A stretch of 47,105 nucleotides of DNA from Intoshia linei. Lineage: Eukaryota; Animalia; Orthonectida. The position numbers and the translations under genes were made by a program. Below, in pieces: positions 36,082 to 47,105 of the stretch. The notes under the pieces are model-generated. The model searched no databases and was not told the origin of the DNA. It was given only the letters and a program-made list of their open reading frames with translations. Position 1 is the first letter of the stretch, and each line of letters opens with the position of its first letter. The stretch is from NCBI GenBank assembly GCA_001642005.1, contig LWCA01000150.1, forward strand, positions 1 through 47,105, written 5' to 3'.

Positions 36082-39000
36082 TTAAGAATCCATAGGTTCC
36101 TCGGAATGAATATCTAAAAAGGTATAAAAATAAATTAAAAAAAATGAAAACTCAAACATTGGCAAGTAAGAGAATGACTACTCTTGAAAAAGCAAAAATG
36201 AGTCTGAGCAAAAAAGTTTATGGGATGGCAATTCTTTTTATTAAAACTCATCATTAATGTGTTGTGCAATTTAATATGATTACAAATGTTGGTAAATTGA
36301 TAGAAAGAATAATAAGTAAAATCAGCAGTACATTGATGAAAAGAAAAATCAGTTTGTGTCCACCTAGAAATGCATTCATTTCCTGTGACATTGACAAAAA
36401 ATGAACCTATACATTTCTTTTGATTGCCATAATTACCCTCCTCATCATCATTAATTAAATTTGCAACATCTACAAGTTGACCCCCAGTTTCACCGTTTTC
36501 TAAATTGAATTTTTCTAGAAATGAATACACTATAAATTGCACAACACCGAAATTAAACATGTATAATACTAAATTACCTCTCTTCTTGGGTTTTATTTCA
36601 GTAAAAGAATCAGAATTGGTAAATGTATCGCAATTTTTTGAATTTGTGGGGGTAAGGTTAATATTAGTAATAGTGTCCCTTCTAGTTTCATTAATATTGC
36701 CATTTTTTTCTACTGATGTGTCCAAATCTGATAAATACTCATCAGCTGTAAAGAACTCGCCAGCTGAAGTATCGAAATTGGATCTAGCAGAAGCAAAAGA
36801 TGTCATTGACTGAAATGTACATACAGAATCCATAGACAAATTGTGCATTGTTTGTTCATCCATGGTACATGAAATCTTATGATTGATTTCAGTTAAATGT
36901 TTTTTTATTGTTGGTTCATTGGGTTTAAAAACTTGGTATTCGTCGGTTACTAAAAAATGTCAAAAATATAAATTTTTAAAAAACCTTTTCTCTCCATACT
37001 CTTTATTTCAATTGGCCCTGGTTCATAGCTAATCAAATGAGCTGAAGCAAGATTTACATCGTCATTGTTTGGAACATTAAAGTCATCGTCATCCTTATAG
37101 TCGAGTTTTTTTTGAATTTTGAATATATCACTTACAATTTCAGCTGCAAATTTTTCGTCAGTGTTGACATTTTCAACGCCCACTTTTTCTATAGGGTCAT
37201 CCATTTTTCCATTTTCAGGTTGTTTTTCGAAATTATTTTTAAAATCAGTATAATCTACATTGTTATAAATGTCTTTATCACTAAAAAAATCTTGCTCGTT
37301 TTGTGATTCGAGGTTTGATGATGGCTCCTCGTTTATAGATTCTAAAACGAATTTTTTTGAATCTTCTTGATTATCTTCCTCAATATTATTTAAATTCAAT
37401 GCAAAATTATCGAAGCAAGCAGTTTCAGCAATTTCATTCATATCTTCATAGCTAGAAAGGAACGAATTTGAACCTTTACCTTCTGATGTATTTTCTTTAA
37501 CGATGCACTCATCTAAAATAGAATGTATAAATAAGTTTTTCAGATTAAAGTATGTGCCACGGCATAGTTGCGGAGAGCCCAAATTCCACCAGGGCCAGAT
37601 AAATATTATCCGCCTCAACTAGAGTCTAATTTATCCCAAATGAGCATTAAAGTTATATTTTTGAATATATTTGTACAATAATCATTTTGTGTTAAATTTA
37701 AATCGTCAAGTCAAGACTCGAGACATGTCTATAGGTACATGAAATTACGCATGGTTTGCGAAATTTTGTTTTAGTGGATTATTTTTGATTCTCGGGACCT
37801 CTTGGGTGAAATGTTCGACTCTGAGCATTTATAAAATAAACTTTTCCAAAAAATATATGGTGCTTTAAAAAATTAATAATAACAAGCCTTTTTACCGTGA
37901 AAGCATCACTTTATCAGATTAACATTTTTTGTGTGTTAACTGAATATAACTGTATCAACAGTAACTTTTAAAAAATTCTAAGGCTCTTTTCATTTTTTCA
38001 AAAAAAAGTAATCTGTGGTTTTCATAGTGAAAATCAACTTTTTTGTTTAACATTTATGATAATGTTTATGATTTTAAAAACTATCCAATAATTTATGTTG
38101 TATAAAATTCTAAGACTTTTTTCATTTTTACAAAAAAGGATAATTTGTGGTTTTCGCAGTCAAGACATAAAATTTTGATATAGAAAATTATCATAATGTT
38201 GATGATTTAAAAATTTTGATCAGATTGCGTACTTTTTTTATAATTCTAGGACGAGTTTAAATTTAAAAAAAAGGAAAATTGGGGTTTTTTACCTTGAAGG
38301 ACTTAATTTGTAAAAATTAAATTTGGGACAAAACAATACTCTCGTAAAACTGTAATAGAAAGAAATAATTTGTAAAACTCGAATCCTCTTACTTTCTTAA
38401 ATAAATTAGAACAAACAGACATACATTTTAAACTAAATTACTCTATATAACTAATGATACACCATAATTTTAGAATACCTTTAACAGAATCATCATTATT
38501 GATATGATTTTCAGTAAATTCAAAATTATTCATTGATTCGGAATTGCCATTTAAATTATCAAAATTATCTGATAAACAATCCATAATCTCTGCTTCAATA
38601 TCGTCGACTATACCAACATTAATATGCTTTTTGCTGACATTTGCATAATCATTACTAAAATGCAATGGAACTTTCTCTTCAATACTGGAAACGGAACCTT
38701 TATCAGAAATCTCTATATCACGACAGAGTCCATCCGACAAAACATTGACAAATTTTTCTTCTTTCGACACAAAACTGATATTACAATTATCTTTACATTG
38801 ATTGTTTTTTACATTTTCATTTTTTATATTATACAAAGAAAAATACAAAACACAGACATTAGCTTTATAAATAAAACCCTGTTTATTATTGGAAAATATA
38901 CTCTTCTTATCTTCCAGAGTCTTGAAAATTGTTAACGTAGAAAGAACATTATTGGAATTAGATTTCATTAAATCTGATTTATTAAAATTGACAAAAATAC

Positions 39001-42000
39001 TTTGATCTTCATTCTTATCTATATTGATATTATTGACAGTGGTCATTTCTTCATTTTTGGAGAATTTGGTAGTCAATTTTGAGTATCGAAAGGGATGAGG
39101 TATAATGTAAAAATAATTTTTAATTTCAAATTGATTAATATTATCTGCCCATGGTTTTATTTGATCCCTTGAATTTTTGAAATAAATCAATTTTTTCAAT
39201 TCATGGAATGAATACAACTTTGACCTTTTTCTAACTTCCTCTGGAGTTGCCTCTACTTTATTGTAAATTTGTAATTTTTCAAAATTAAAAAACAATTTTC
39301 GACCAGTATCAACTTCTACCGGTCTACTTTTTGCCAAAAGCGTATAGTTTTCATTCTTTTCGGCTACTCTATCACGCCCGTCATCAGTAGAACTCATTAC
39401 GCGCAAACAAAGATTTCCATCAGGAAGCCATTTTCCGTACACGTAAAATTTGACAATAATTGGGGTTCTAATGACTAAATCGTAAATAGTATTGACAAAA
39501 TCAAGTGATGTTTGTGATATTTTGTCTATAGAATTTAAATTGTTATCGTCAACATATTGTTCATCCAAATTTACCAACCAAAATCTCCCTGAAAAAATTG
39601 TAGAAAATTGCACACAACCATTTTCATAAGAAAATGTGATAGCATCAGTCATATCCGTCCATTGCGGAGGTTCATTACCACCACAAATACTACACATAAC
39701 TCGCAAGTAGGCTAAATTAACTCGTTTTGGCGCAACGTCATTTATTAAGAGAACTGATGGCACAGGAATATTGATATTGATTTCTTTATAAAATTTTCGT
39801 CTTCTAGGCTCAATTGAAACAATAGGGCTGAGCATTTTTGAAAATTTGTCCAGCTCGTATTCACTTAAATTAGGCATTTTCATTGTTGATATTCCTATGG
39901 CCTTGGTTTTGCTAATAGCATTTTGAAAAATAAGTGAAAACACATTTTCTTCGCAAGATGAAACCAAACGTCCGCCATTGGTACCTATCGCTAAATTATC
40001 AATTGTTGTTCGAGAAATGATGGCAAAATAAACTGGCAATTCTTTCATGGTAAATTGAATAACAGTCTTGGAACATGAACCGTACATTTCCACGCTACTT
40101 CCAGCATTAGCAGAAATAGCGTCAATCGAATTTATGCTTAATTCCACACGTTTACCTGAAATCAACGAACAATCAATATTTTCAGCTATTCCAATTTTAG
40201 AATATTTTCCAGTTGAATGTATACTCCATTTTTCATCCTTATTCCTACGTAGCACAATCAATTCTCTTTCATTTCCCCGTAGAGCTGCAAAGTGAGGTAC
40301 TTCCAAATTAATAATTTTGTGTAAGCTACTCTTGTTGGAAATAATTTTAATTATGTGAGATACTAAACCCTCTCCTTCATTAAGAACCAAGGATTTGTAA
40401 ACGGATCGTACTTCAGATATAGATAGTAATTTACAAACAAACTGAGTAGGCTCATCAACAGCTTTAGGTGGTATGATGAATCTAATGCCCATTTTTCTAC
40501 AACCTCGCAATGACCCACCTCGTGAATCGACCACGAAACTGCTCAAAAAGCTGGTCCATAGTCGTTTATCAAATATATCTTGGTCATTGTCGGCATTATC
40601 AGTATTTTCAGCAAAAAGTTGGTTCATTTCATTCGAGTAAATAGGTTCATCCAATTCGTCACCATTTTTTGTTTTAAATACACCACTTTCAACTGATTCA
40701 GCGTCCATTTTGTTTAAATCTTTTGATTCACTTTTTTCATCGAAATTTTCAAATGTATCATAGTTTTTGGGCAATCCTCTAATATTTGTTATTTCTGTAG
40801 TTTCTTTATTAGAAAGATAACCAAACGACTTTTCCAAGAGTTCAATTTCGTTGTCACTATCTGAAAAATCTTTTTCAATCATATCATCAGGGTAGTATTT
40901 AGACATGTCTGATATACGTCTATCCATAGAAGCAAATTCGACGTTTTCATTCAAATTTGTATGAGGTTCAAGTAATTTGTAAATTTTCCAATTTTTCAAC
41001 GATTTAGCGATATTTATTGGTTTGTAACCGTGCCTAGATGTAATATCTGCGGATGCGTCATAGGACAATAAAATACTCACTACGTTTACGTGATTCTGTT
41101 GTGCAGCGTGGTGTAATGATGTGTAATTCAAACTTGTAACAGCGTCAACTAGAGCACCGTGATCCAATAAAAATCTAACCATGTTAATCGCACCGAAATG
41201 ACAAGCCGTGTGCAACGGGGTATATCCTGCTTTAGTGGGGGAATTTATGTCAATATCGTACATTATTAATACAGAAGCTATGGAAATGTTATCTTCTTGC
41301 GACGCTAGGTGCAATGGGGTTATACCATTCGAAGCCGTTACATTACACCGCGCTTTATGTAATATCAAATTTTCACAAATGTCAACATTTCCTTTTAAAG
41401 AAGATATATGCAAAGGAGTAAATCCAAGTTTTGAAGCACCATTGACTTTAGCGCCACAATTGAGTAATAGTTTAACCAAATCTGCGTTGTTTTTACGAAC
41501 TGCAACGTGTAAAGGCAAATAGTGATTGTTGGCTTTCGCATTAATATCAGCTCCACGGTCAATAAGAAGTACTGCTACTTTTTGAGCATCGTAATGAGTG
41601 GCTACATGCAGGGCAGTCAGGCCGTATTTACAGCGAATATCCTTCTGTATTCCTTTATTGATTAAACAAATTGCTACATCTCGGCTATCGTACTTTGCAC
41701 AGATGTGAAGTGCATTAAAACCTTTCTTCGTTTGAAGCATCATATTAGCTCCATTTTCAATAAGCCTTACTGCAATCTCGGCATGATTCGAACGTGCAGC
41801 AACATGAAGGGCGCTGTGGCCGTCAATTGTTGTTGTGTTAGTATCAATTTGATAAGAAATCAACAAATCAATGATTTCTAAATTACCTATTTTTGCGGCA
41901 ATATGCAAAGCCGTCTGACCTTCGTCTGCCTGCCCATTTATATCGGCATTGTTCTTTATAAGAATTTTGAGAGAATCGATTTTATTGGATCGTGTGCACA

Positions 42001-43549
42001 AATGTACACTAGTTTCTCCACTATTGGTCTTTTTGTTAATATCAACTTTACAAGTCAAGATATACGCCAAAGATTCTACATTGTTCATAAACGCACAAAT
42101 GTGTAAAGGAGTCAACCCAGAATCGGCGCTTTTATTAATTTTTGCATGATATAAAATTAACAATTTGATGAATCTAACATTATTTTTTTTACATGCAATA
42201 TGAAGTGGTGTAAATCCATTCAGTGCTTCACAATTGACGTTAGCCTTGTTTTGTAACAATAATTTTGCCACGAAATATCCATTACAATGAGCTGCAACAT
42301 GCAACGGTGTCAGAGAATCAACACATACACCTTCCACGTTCGCTCCGTGCATAATAATTAACTTTGCACACTTTTCGTTGTCTCCTTGAGCGGACACATG
42401 CAAAGGGGATAGGCCACTTTTACTCTTGGGTTCAATATTTACATTACTCTTGATTAAAAGTCTTGCAACACTTAAATGGCCGTATCGACAAGAATAATGC
42501 AAAGCGGTGAGGCCATCTTTCGTGACATTTTCATGATTAGCATGATTAGTCAATAACAAATCTACAATATTCGATCGACCCCATCGACTAGATACATGAA
42601 GTGGCGTAATACCATTCCTAGCTTTAAAATCGATTGTAGCCAAATTTGTAATCAAGAGTTTTGCTGCATTTAAGCTATTATAATGGGCAGTGATGTGCAA
42701 CGCCGTAAAACCATTCTTAGTGACGGTATCCACATCAAAATCTTTAAGCAGCACTCGTAGTATATCGACGTCGTTACATTTGGCCGCAATATGTATTGCT
42801 CGTAAACGACAATTAACCTGTGGTAACTGTTTCAAGTTGATGTCTTCAAGTAAAATACTAACAGATTGAGAATGTTTTTGTTGTAATGCCACTGCCAAAG
42901 GCGAAAACCCATCATTAGTATAAATATTTTGTTTGGCACCTTTTGCAAGTAGATATTTTATAATTTCATATTTGTTTTCCTGGGCAGCCATATATATCGG
43001 CGTAAATCCATTAGCACTTTTACCATTAACATGTGCTCCGGTTTCCACCAAAAGTTTTACCACGTTTAAATAACCAGATAGGCAGGCTAAATGAATTGAA
43101 CCGTTCCCTCTATTGGAATAAATATTTACGTTTGCTCCACGATCCAATATGATTTTAACCAATTCTGAATATCCTTCTTTACTGGCCAAATGTAAAGCTG
43201 TTAATCCTGCAGAATTTTGGTAGTCAACTTGAACCAATTTATTATTTAAAATGTTTAGTAATTCATCTTTATTTCCAATTCGTGCAGCCAATAAATATCG
43301 CGTGTTGTAATCGTGACATTTATGGTTTTCTCGTACTAATGTTTCATTTTGAGTTAGTCGTGATTTTCTTGGTCTAACAATTGAATTATATATCAAATTT
43401 GATAAATTTGTATCATTAGTTGAGTGTGAATCAATCGTCTGCGAGACCCATGAACCGTTGTCATGGTCTTTGTTCATTTCGTCTGTTGGAAATATTTTTT
43501 CCATAACAAAATCTTGATGCGGAACAGGTTCAGAATTTAAATTAGACAT
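36082..43549 (-). CDS. ANK2: Canonical ankyrin (Ank2/UNC-44-like): ~24 ANK repeats, ZU5-ZU5-UPA, degenerate death-domain region and acidic tail. Exon 1 is 43549-38461. Predicted further exons: 37512-36985, 36949-36578, 36514-36413, 36363-36284 (or on to a stop at 36254), 36233-36158, 36113-36082
   Basis: 1703-aa ORF with tandem GxTPLHxA repeats from LLAARIGN onward. ZU5 SFLSSFVVDSRGGSLRGCR..IRFIIPP, second ZU5 SPIVSIEPRRRKFYK, UPA LRVMSSTDD..LAKSRPVEV. The family call is certain; the symbol is nominal; tail exons are inferred from splice phase only. Confidence 0.92.
37886..38430 (-). mobile_element. Helitron family 5' fragment in ankyrin intron 1
   Basis: Homologous to 35281-35640 and 7570-7990, with an internal ~130-bp duplication (aaaaag(g)taat(c/t)tgtggtttt). 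Confidence 0.7.
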
Positions 43550-44631
43550 TATTTAAAAGTAATGACAATTTTTTCTCTTTGATAAGATGGAGAAAGCAAA
43601 CAAATATCGGTGAGCGTAACAAAGACGACAGACTGTAAATAATAAAAAATTTGTCAATATTTTTAAATTTCAAATCGTTATCATTATCAGACATGAATTA
43701 CAGACATTGAGTGTAATTATCGTTATAGTTTTTAATCCAATAGTTTTTGCGATTCGTGTATTTTAATATTTTTATTATTTTATTTTTCAATGGAAATATT
43801 AATCACTTGGTTAATGTATGATTACAGAGCATGTGGTTTGTATTATTTTTAGCCTTTGTATTTATTTACTGACTAGTTATTTTACTAATGCAATATAATT
43901 GTCAATGTGCAGGTAAAATTTGGATTGTTGCTTTCATTATTATAAAATGGCAAAATTAGCACAATTCACGTAAATTGCTGATTTAGTTTGTAGAGAAAAT
44001 TATAATATTACATGTAGAATGTTTATTGACTCTTTAATTTAGTCGAAATATTGAATTTAGACATACATGGTGCATAAATTACCTAATTCGATATTTATTA
44101 AAAGTTTGGCCTAATTTTGGATCATTTGCATCCCGTAAAAAGTAGTATTGATAAAAATGTAGATAATGTGGGACGTGCTTGTATAGTATTTACTGTAATT
44201 ATTAAGTTTTAATTAATTTAAAATAAAATAAATTTTTTAGATTCATTTATGTTTTTTAATTTTTAAATTGAATATTGATTTGGCATATATTATTTATAAT
44301 TGGTTCATCTAAACATCTTAATATAGTGAAAAATTAAATAGGAACGTGAGTGGATTTAATTTTTTAATTATTCATCAAAATTTCAATACCTTTGGAATTA
44401 TCTCAAGTATCTACCTTTCCAAATTTTGTAATAAAACTTAATGTGAAGATCATTATGTTAAATTCTAGAGCAGTAGTTCACTAACGTATTTTGTATACCG
44501 TCCACTTTTCGATAATTTATATTCCGTAAATGTGTAAAATAATTATTTAATTTACAATATAATTAAACCTTAATAATAAGTAGATCTAAATATTTTCAAA
44601 TATCGTTGGATTATTTTCAATCTCCCTAAAT

Positions 44632-45422
44632 CAGCGTTTCCCAAATATCGGTCTGCGAACAAGTATTGGTCCGCGAAATAATTTTAAAAAATTAATTCAA
44701 TAATTACAAGTCAATTTGCAGAGTTGTTCACATATATGTACTTTTGTTAATTTATACATCCACTTTTTGAATTTTCAGATTGTTTTTTTAACAAACCTTA
44801 GTGGGAGTATTTTTTAAGTTTTTTTTTAACCATACATTTGAAAGGGAATATTCAAATTATATTTTTTACATAACATTAAAGTATGGGTTGTTGAAGTTTT
44901 TTAACCTTATCCTTGAAGGATCTATTTCAGATTATTTTTTAACCAAACCCTTGAAGGGGAATTTTCAGTTTATTTTCTAACCAAATATTACAGTGGAGGG
45001 TTTATTGAAATGTTTTTAAGCAACCCTTCAAGGGTAATTTTATAGTATTTTTTTAATGAAACTCTTGAAAAAGGATTTTTAGATTATTTTTAATTGTAAT
45101 TGATATTAATAGTTTTTATGAACTTATACATTGATCATTGGAACATCATAATTAATTATACTTGTCTTTACATTTTTATCATCATTCACAATGGTTTATC
45201 GATATGGCTAAAGCAAGACAATCCATTTTGTAATGTTAAAGTAAATATTCTACTACTAAGTAAAGTAATACTCTAAAAATTAATATTGAAGGGTTCGTTA
45301 GAAAAAATCTTAAAAAACCTTTCCTTTTAAGGTTTGGTAAAAAAATAATCTGAAAATTCCAAAAGTGCATATATAAGTGAACAAAAAGTTTTGAATTTGA
45401 AGATAAAAATAGTCCACTACTG
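44632..45422. mobile_element. hAT-type element carrying a ~38-bp minisatellite (44780-45090)
   Basis: Left end cagcgtttcccaaa..ggtccgcgaaataatttt; probable right end agtccactactg. Tandem units ttttttaaccaaacccttgaaggggaattttcagatta. Confidence 0.55.
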
Positions 45423-45733
45423 ATATAGGAGTTTGTTGTAAATTGATATTAATTAAATGCCATTCTAATCAATACTTATATATAATATTGCCTATATATA
45501 TTGTATATTAAATATATCAATTTAACATTTAATGTGGATCGTTGATTTTATTTTGTGTATTGATTATACCAGATTAACTAGGTTTATATACAATATTTTT
45601 GAGTAAAATCAATATTTATTCACAAAATATTGTGTAATTTCATATCATTGTCAATTTTGTGATATGCTCGTTCGCTCTAAATTTTGTTTTCAAACCTTAA
45701 TGAACAGTATATATTATACAATATTATAATGTA

Positions 45734-46090
45734 CTAGGTTGACTTTTATGTACTACGTACAAACAGCACCTAACTCTGCCGAGGGCACATTTTTATTCTA
45801 CCAAAAAAATAAATTTACGTTGAAAATCTAACTTAAAAATCATACTATTCACTATTATCAATCCTTTTAAGGAGTGGTTCCAAACTTGTTTTAAATGGAA
45901 CTGTCATATCACATTACTTTTTACTTTTAAGTGAATTATTCCATCTTAATTTTTGTTGTTAACATTTGAGTAAAGAATTTTAAAAACATTGTTATTCATT
46001 TTTTTAATTTATTAGACAAAATGTGTCTATAATATTAAAAATAAAGTAAAAACAGTCCAATCCTAAAAATTGTCATAAATAGCATACAAT
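45734..46090 (-). mobile_element. Helitron family 3' copy, uninterrupted
   Basis: a|CTAGgttgacttttatgtactacgtacaaacagc... Collinear with 2825-3126 plus 3676-3730. Confidence 0.8.
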
Positions 46091-46312
46091 AAAATAAATT
46101 GTAAATTTTTCTTGACAATTCAACGTTAATGGTCAGCAAAAATTTGAATGTTAAATGAATCGTTCATGGTAAAGAAAGTTTGGAACAGCTGGATTTAATA
46201 ATGGATAGTGCAACCAATTTTTCTGTAATGTGTATGGGCTGTCGACAAGTTTTTATATAAAAATTACACATTTTTAATATTTGTAAAAAAAAATTATTAT
46301 CTTTATATATGA

Positions 46313-46860
46313 CTAACTTGGCAGTTTTGTACTACGTACAAACAGCACCTAGCTCTGCCGAGGGCACTCTTTTATTATACCAAAAAAAGCAATTCACGTT
46401 GAAAATTTAACTTAAAAATTCTACTATTAACTATTATCAATCCTTTGTTTTGTTTTGTTAACATTCGCGTAAAGAATTTAAAAAAAATTGTTATCCCATT
46501 TTTTTAATTTATTAGACAGAATGTGTGTATAAAACAAATATTAAAAATAAAGTAAAAATAGTCCAATCCTAAAAATTGTCATAGTGTTGTAACAGTGAAG
46601 TTGCAGTTCACTTTAACCTGAACTGTAACTTCACTTTTATATTAAACTTGTTATCGCAGTTATAATTCTTATTATTAAACATTATTTGTTAGATTCGGGT
46701 CTTAAACCTTCAAGCTTCGATTGAACTTCAGCTTTAATTCCTCTATCTATCATTGAACCACTACAAATAGCATAAATTCCGGAAAAAATAAAATTATAAA
46801 AACACATTTTGTCATTTTCAATGTGATGACATATATTCAGTATCAATTTAATAAATACCT
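46313..46860 (-). mobile_element. Helitron family 3' copy with a nested 181-bp insertion
   Basis: ctaacttggcagttttgtactacgtacaaacagcacctagctctgccgagggcac... Interrupted at 46585-46765. Confidence 0.8.
46585..46765. mobile_element. Candidate solo LTR
   Basis: Insertion relative to sibling copies. Termini TGTTGT ... ACTACA. Flanks catag / aatag (imperfect 5-bp TSD). Contains ATTAAA motifs. Confidence 0.5.
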
Positions 46861-47105
46861 AAAAATACCAATTGTGTATAAATAATTAATTGAATCTTCA
46901 CTTTATAAATATTTCAGTCGAATTTTACCATTGTTGCAAAGGATTGTAATATAAAAATGATTGATGTTATAAATTTGTCCATACTTTTGGCCTTTTTTCT
47001 TGTGAATGTTACTTTTCTTGTTAACATTTTATGTTAAATTTGTAACAATTGTCAATAAAAAAAATAACGTTTCAGTTAATATAAAGTTAATCTTATAAAT
47101 TCGTT

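Noticed and set aside
38624-42149. Plus-strand ORFs opposite ankyrin, and similar ORFs opposite the NET, WAPL and ankyrin-tail exons (16974, 28802, 29039, 36505, 37112)
   Set aside because: Antisense shadows of real coding exons with no recognisable motifs.

Overview
Very AT-rich eukaryotic (animal) genomic DNA with many short GT-AG introns (about 35-65 nt). The gene set and intron style suggest a compact, fast-evolving invertebrate genome such as an orthonectid; this is inference only. Four protein-coding genes can be built by hand-splicing. (1) The 3' part of WDR64 (+, about 2701-13742). (2) A two-exon, strongly diverged NET/NocA-Elbow (ZNF503/703-like) zinc-finger gene (-, 15875-18887). 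(3) The cohesin release factor WAPL (-, 25093-32232). (4) A canonical ankyrin (-, about 36082-43549) whose ANK-repeat/ZU5/UPA core lies in one 5.1-kb exon. Its predicted spliced tail carries FFAT-like motifs and a C-terminal transmembrane helix, which is the most unusual feature in the window. Introns and intergenic DNA are full of DNA-transposon debris: a decayed hAT-like transposase, many hAT-type MITEs (several nested, with 8-bp TSDs), a MULE-type MITE with a 9-bp TSD, a multi-copy non-autonomous Helitron family, a candidate solo LTR and minisatellites. No prokaryotic-type systems (CRISPR, operons), rRNA or intact tRNA were seen. All exon models are read by eye and lack transcript support.
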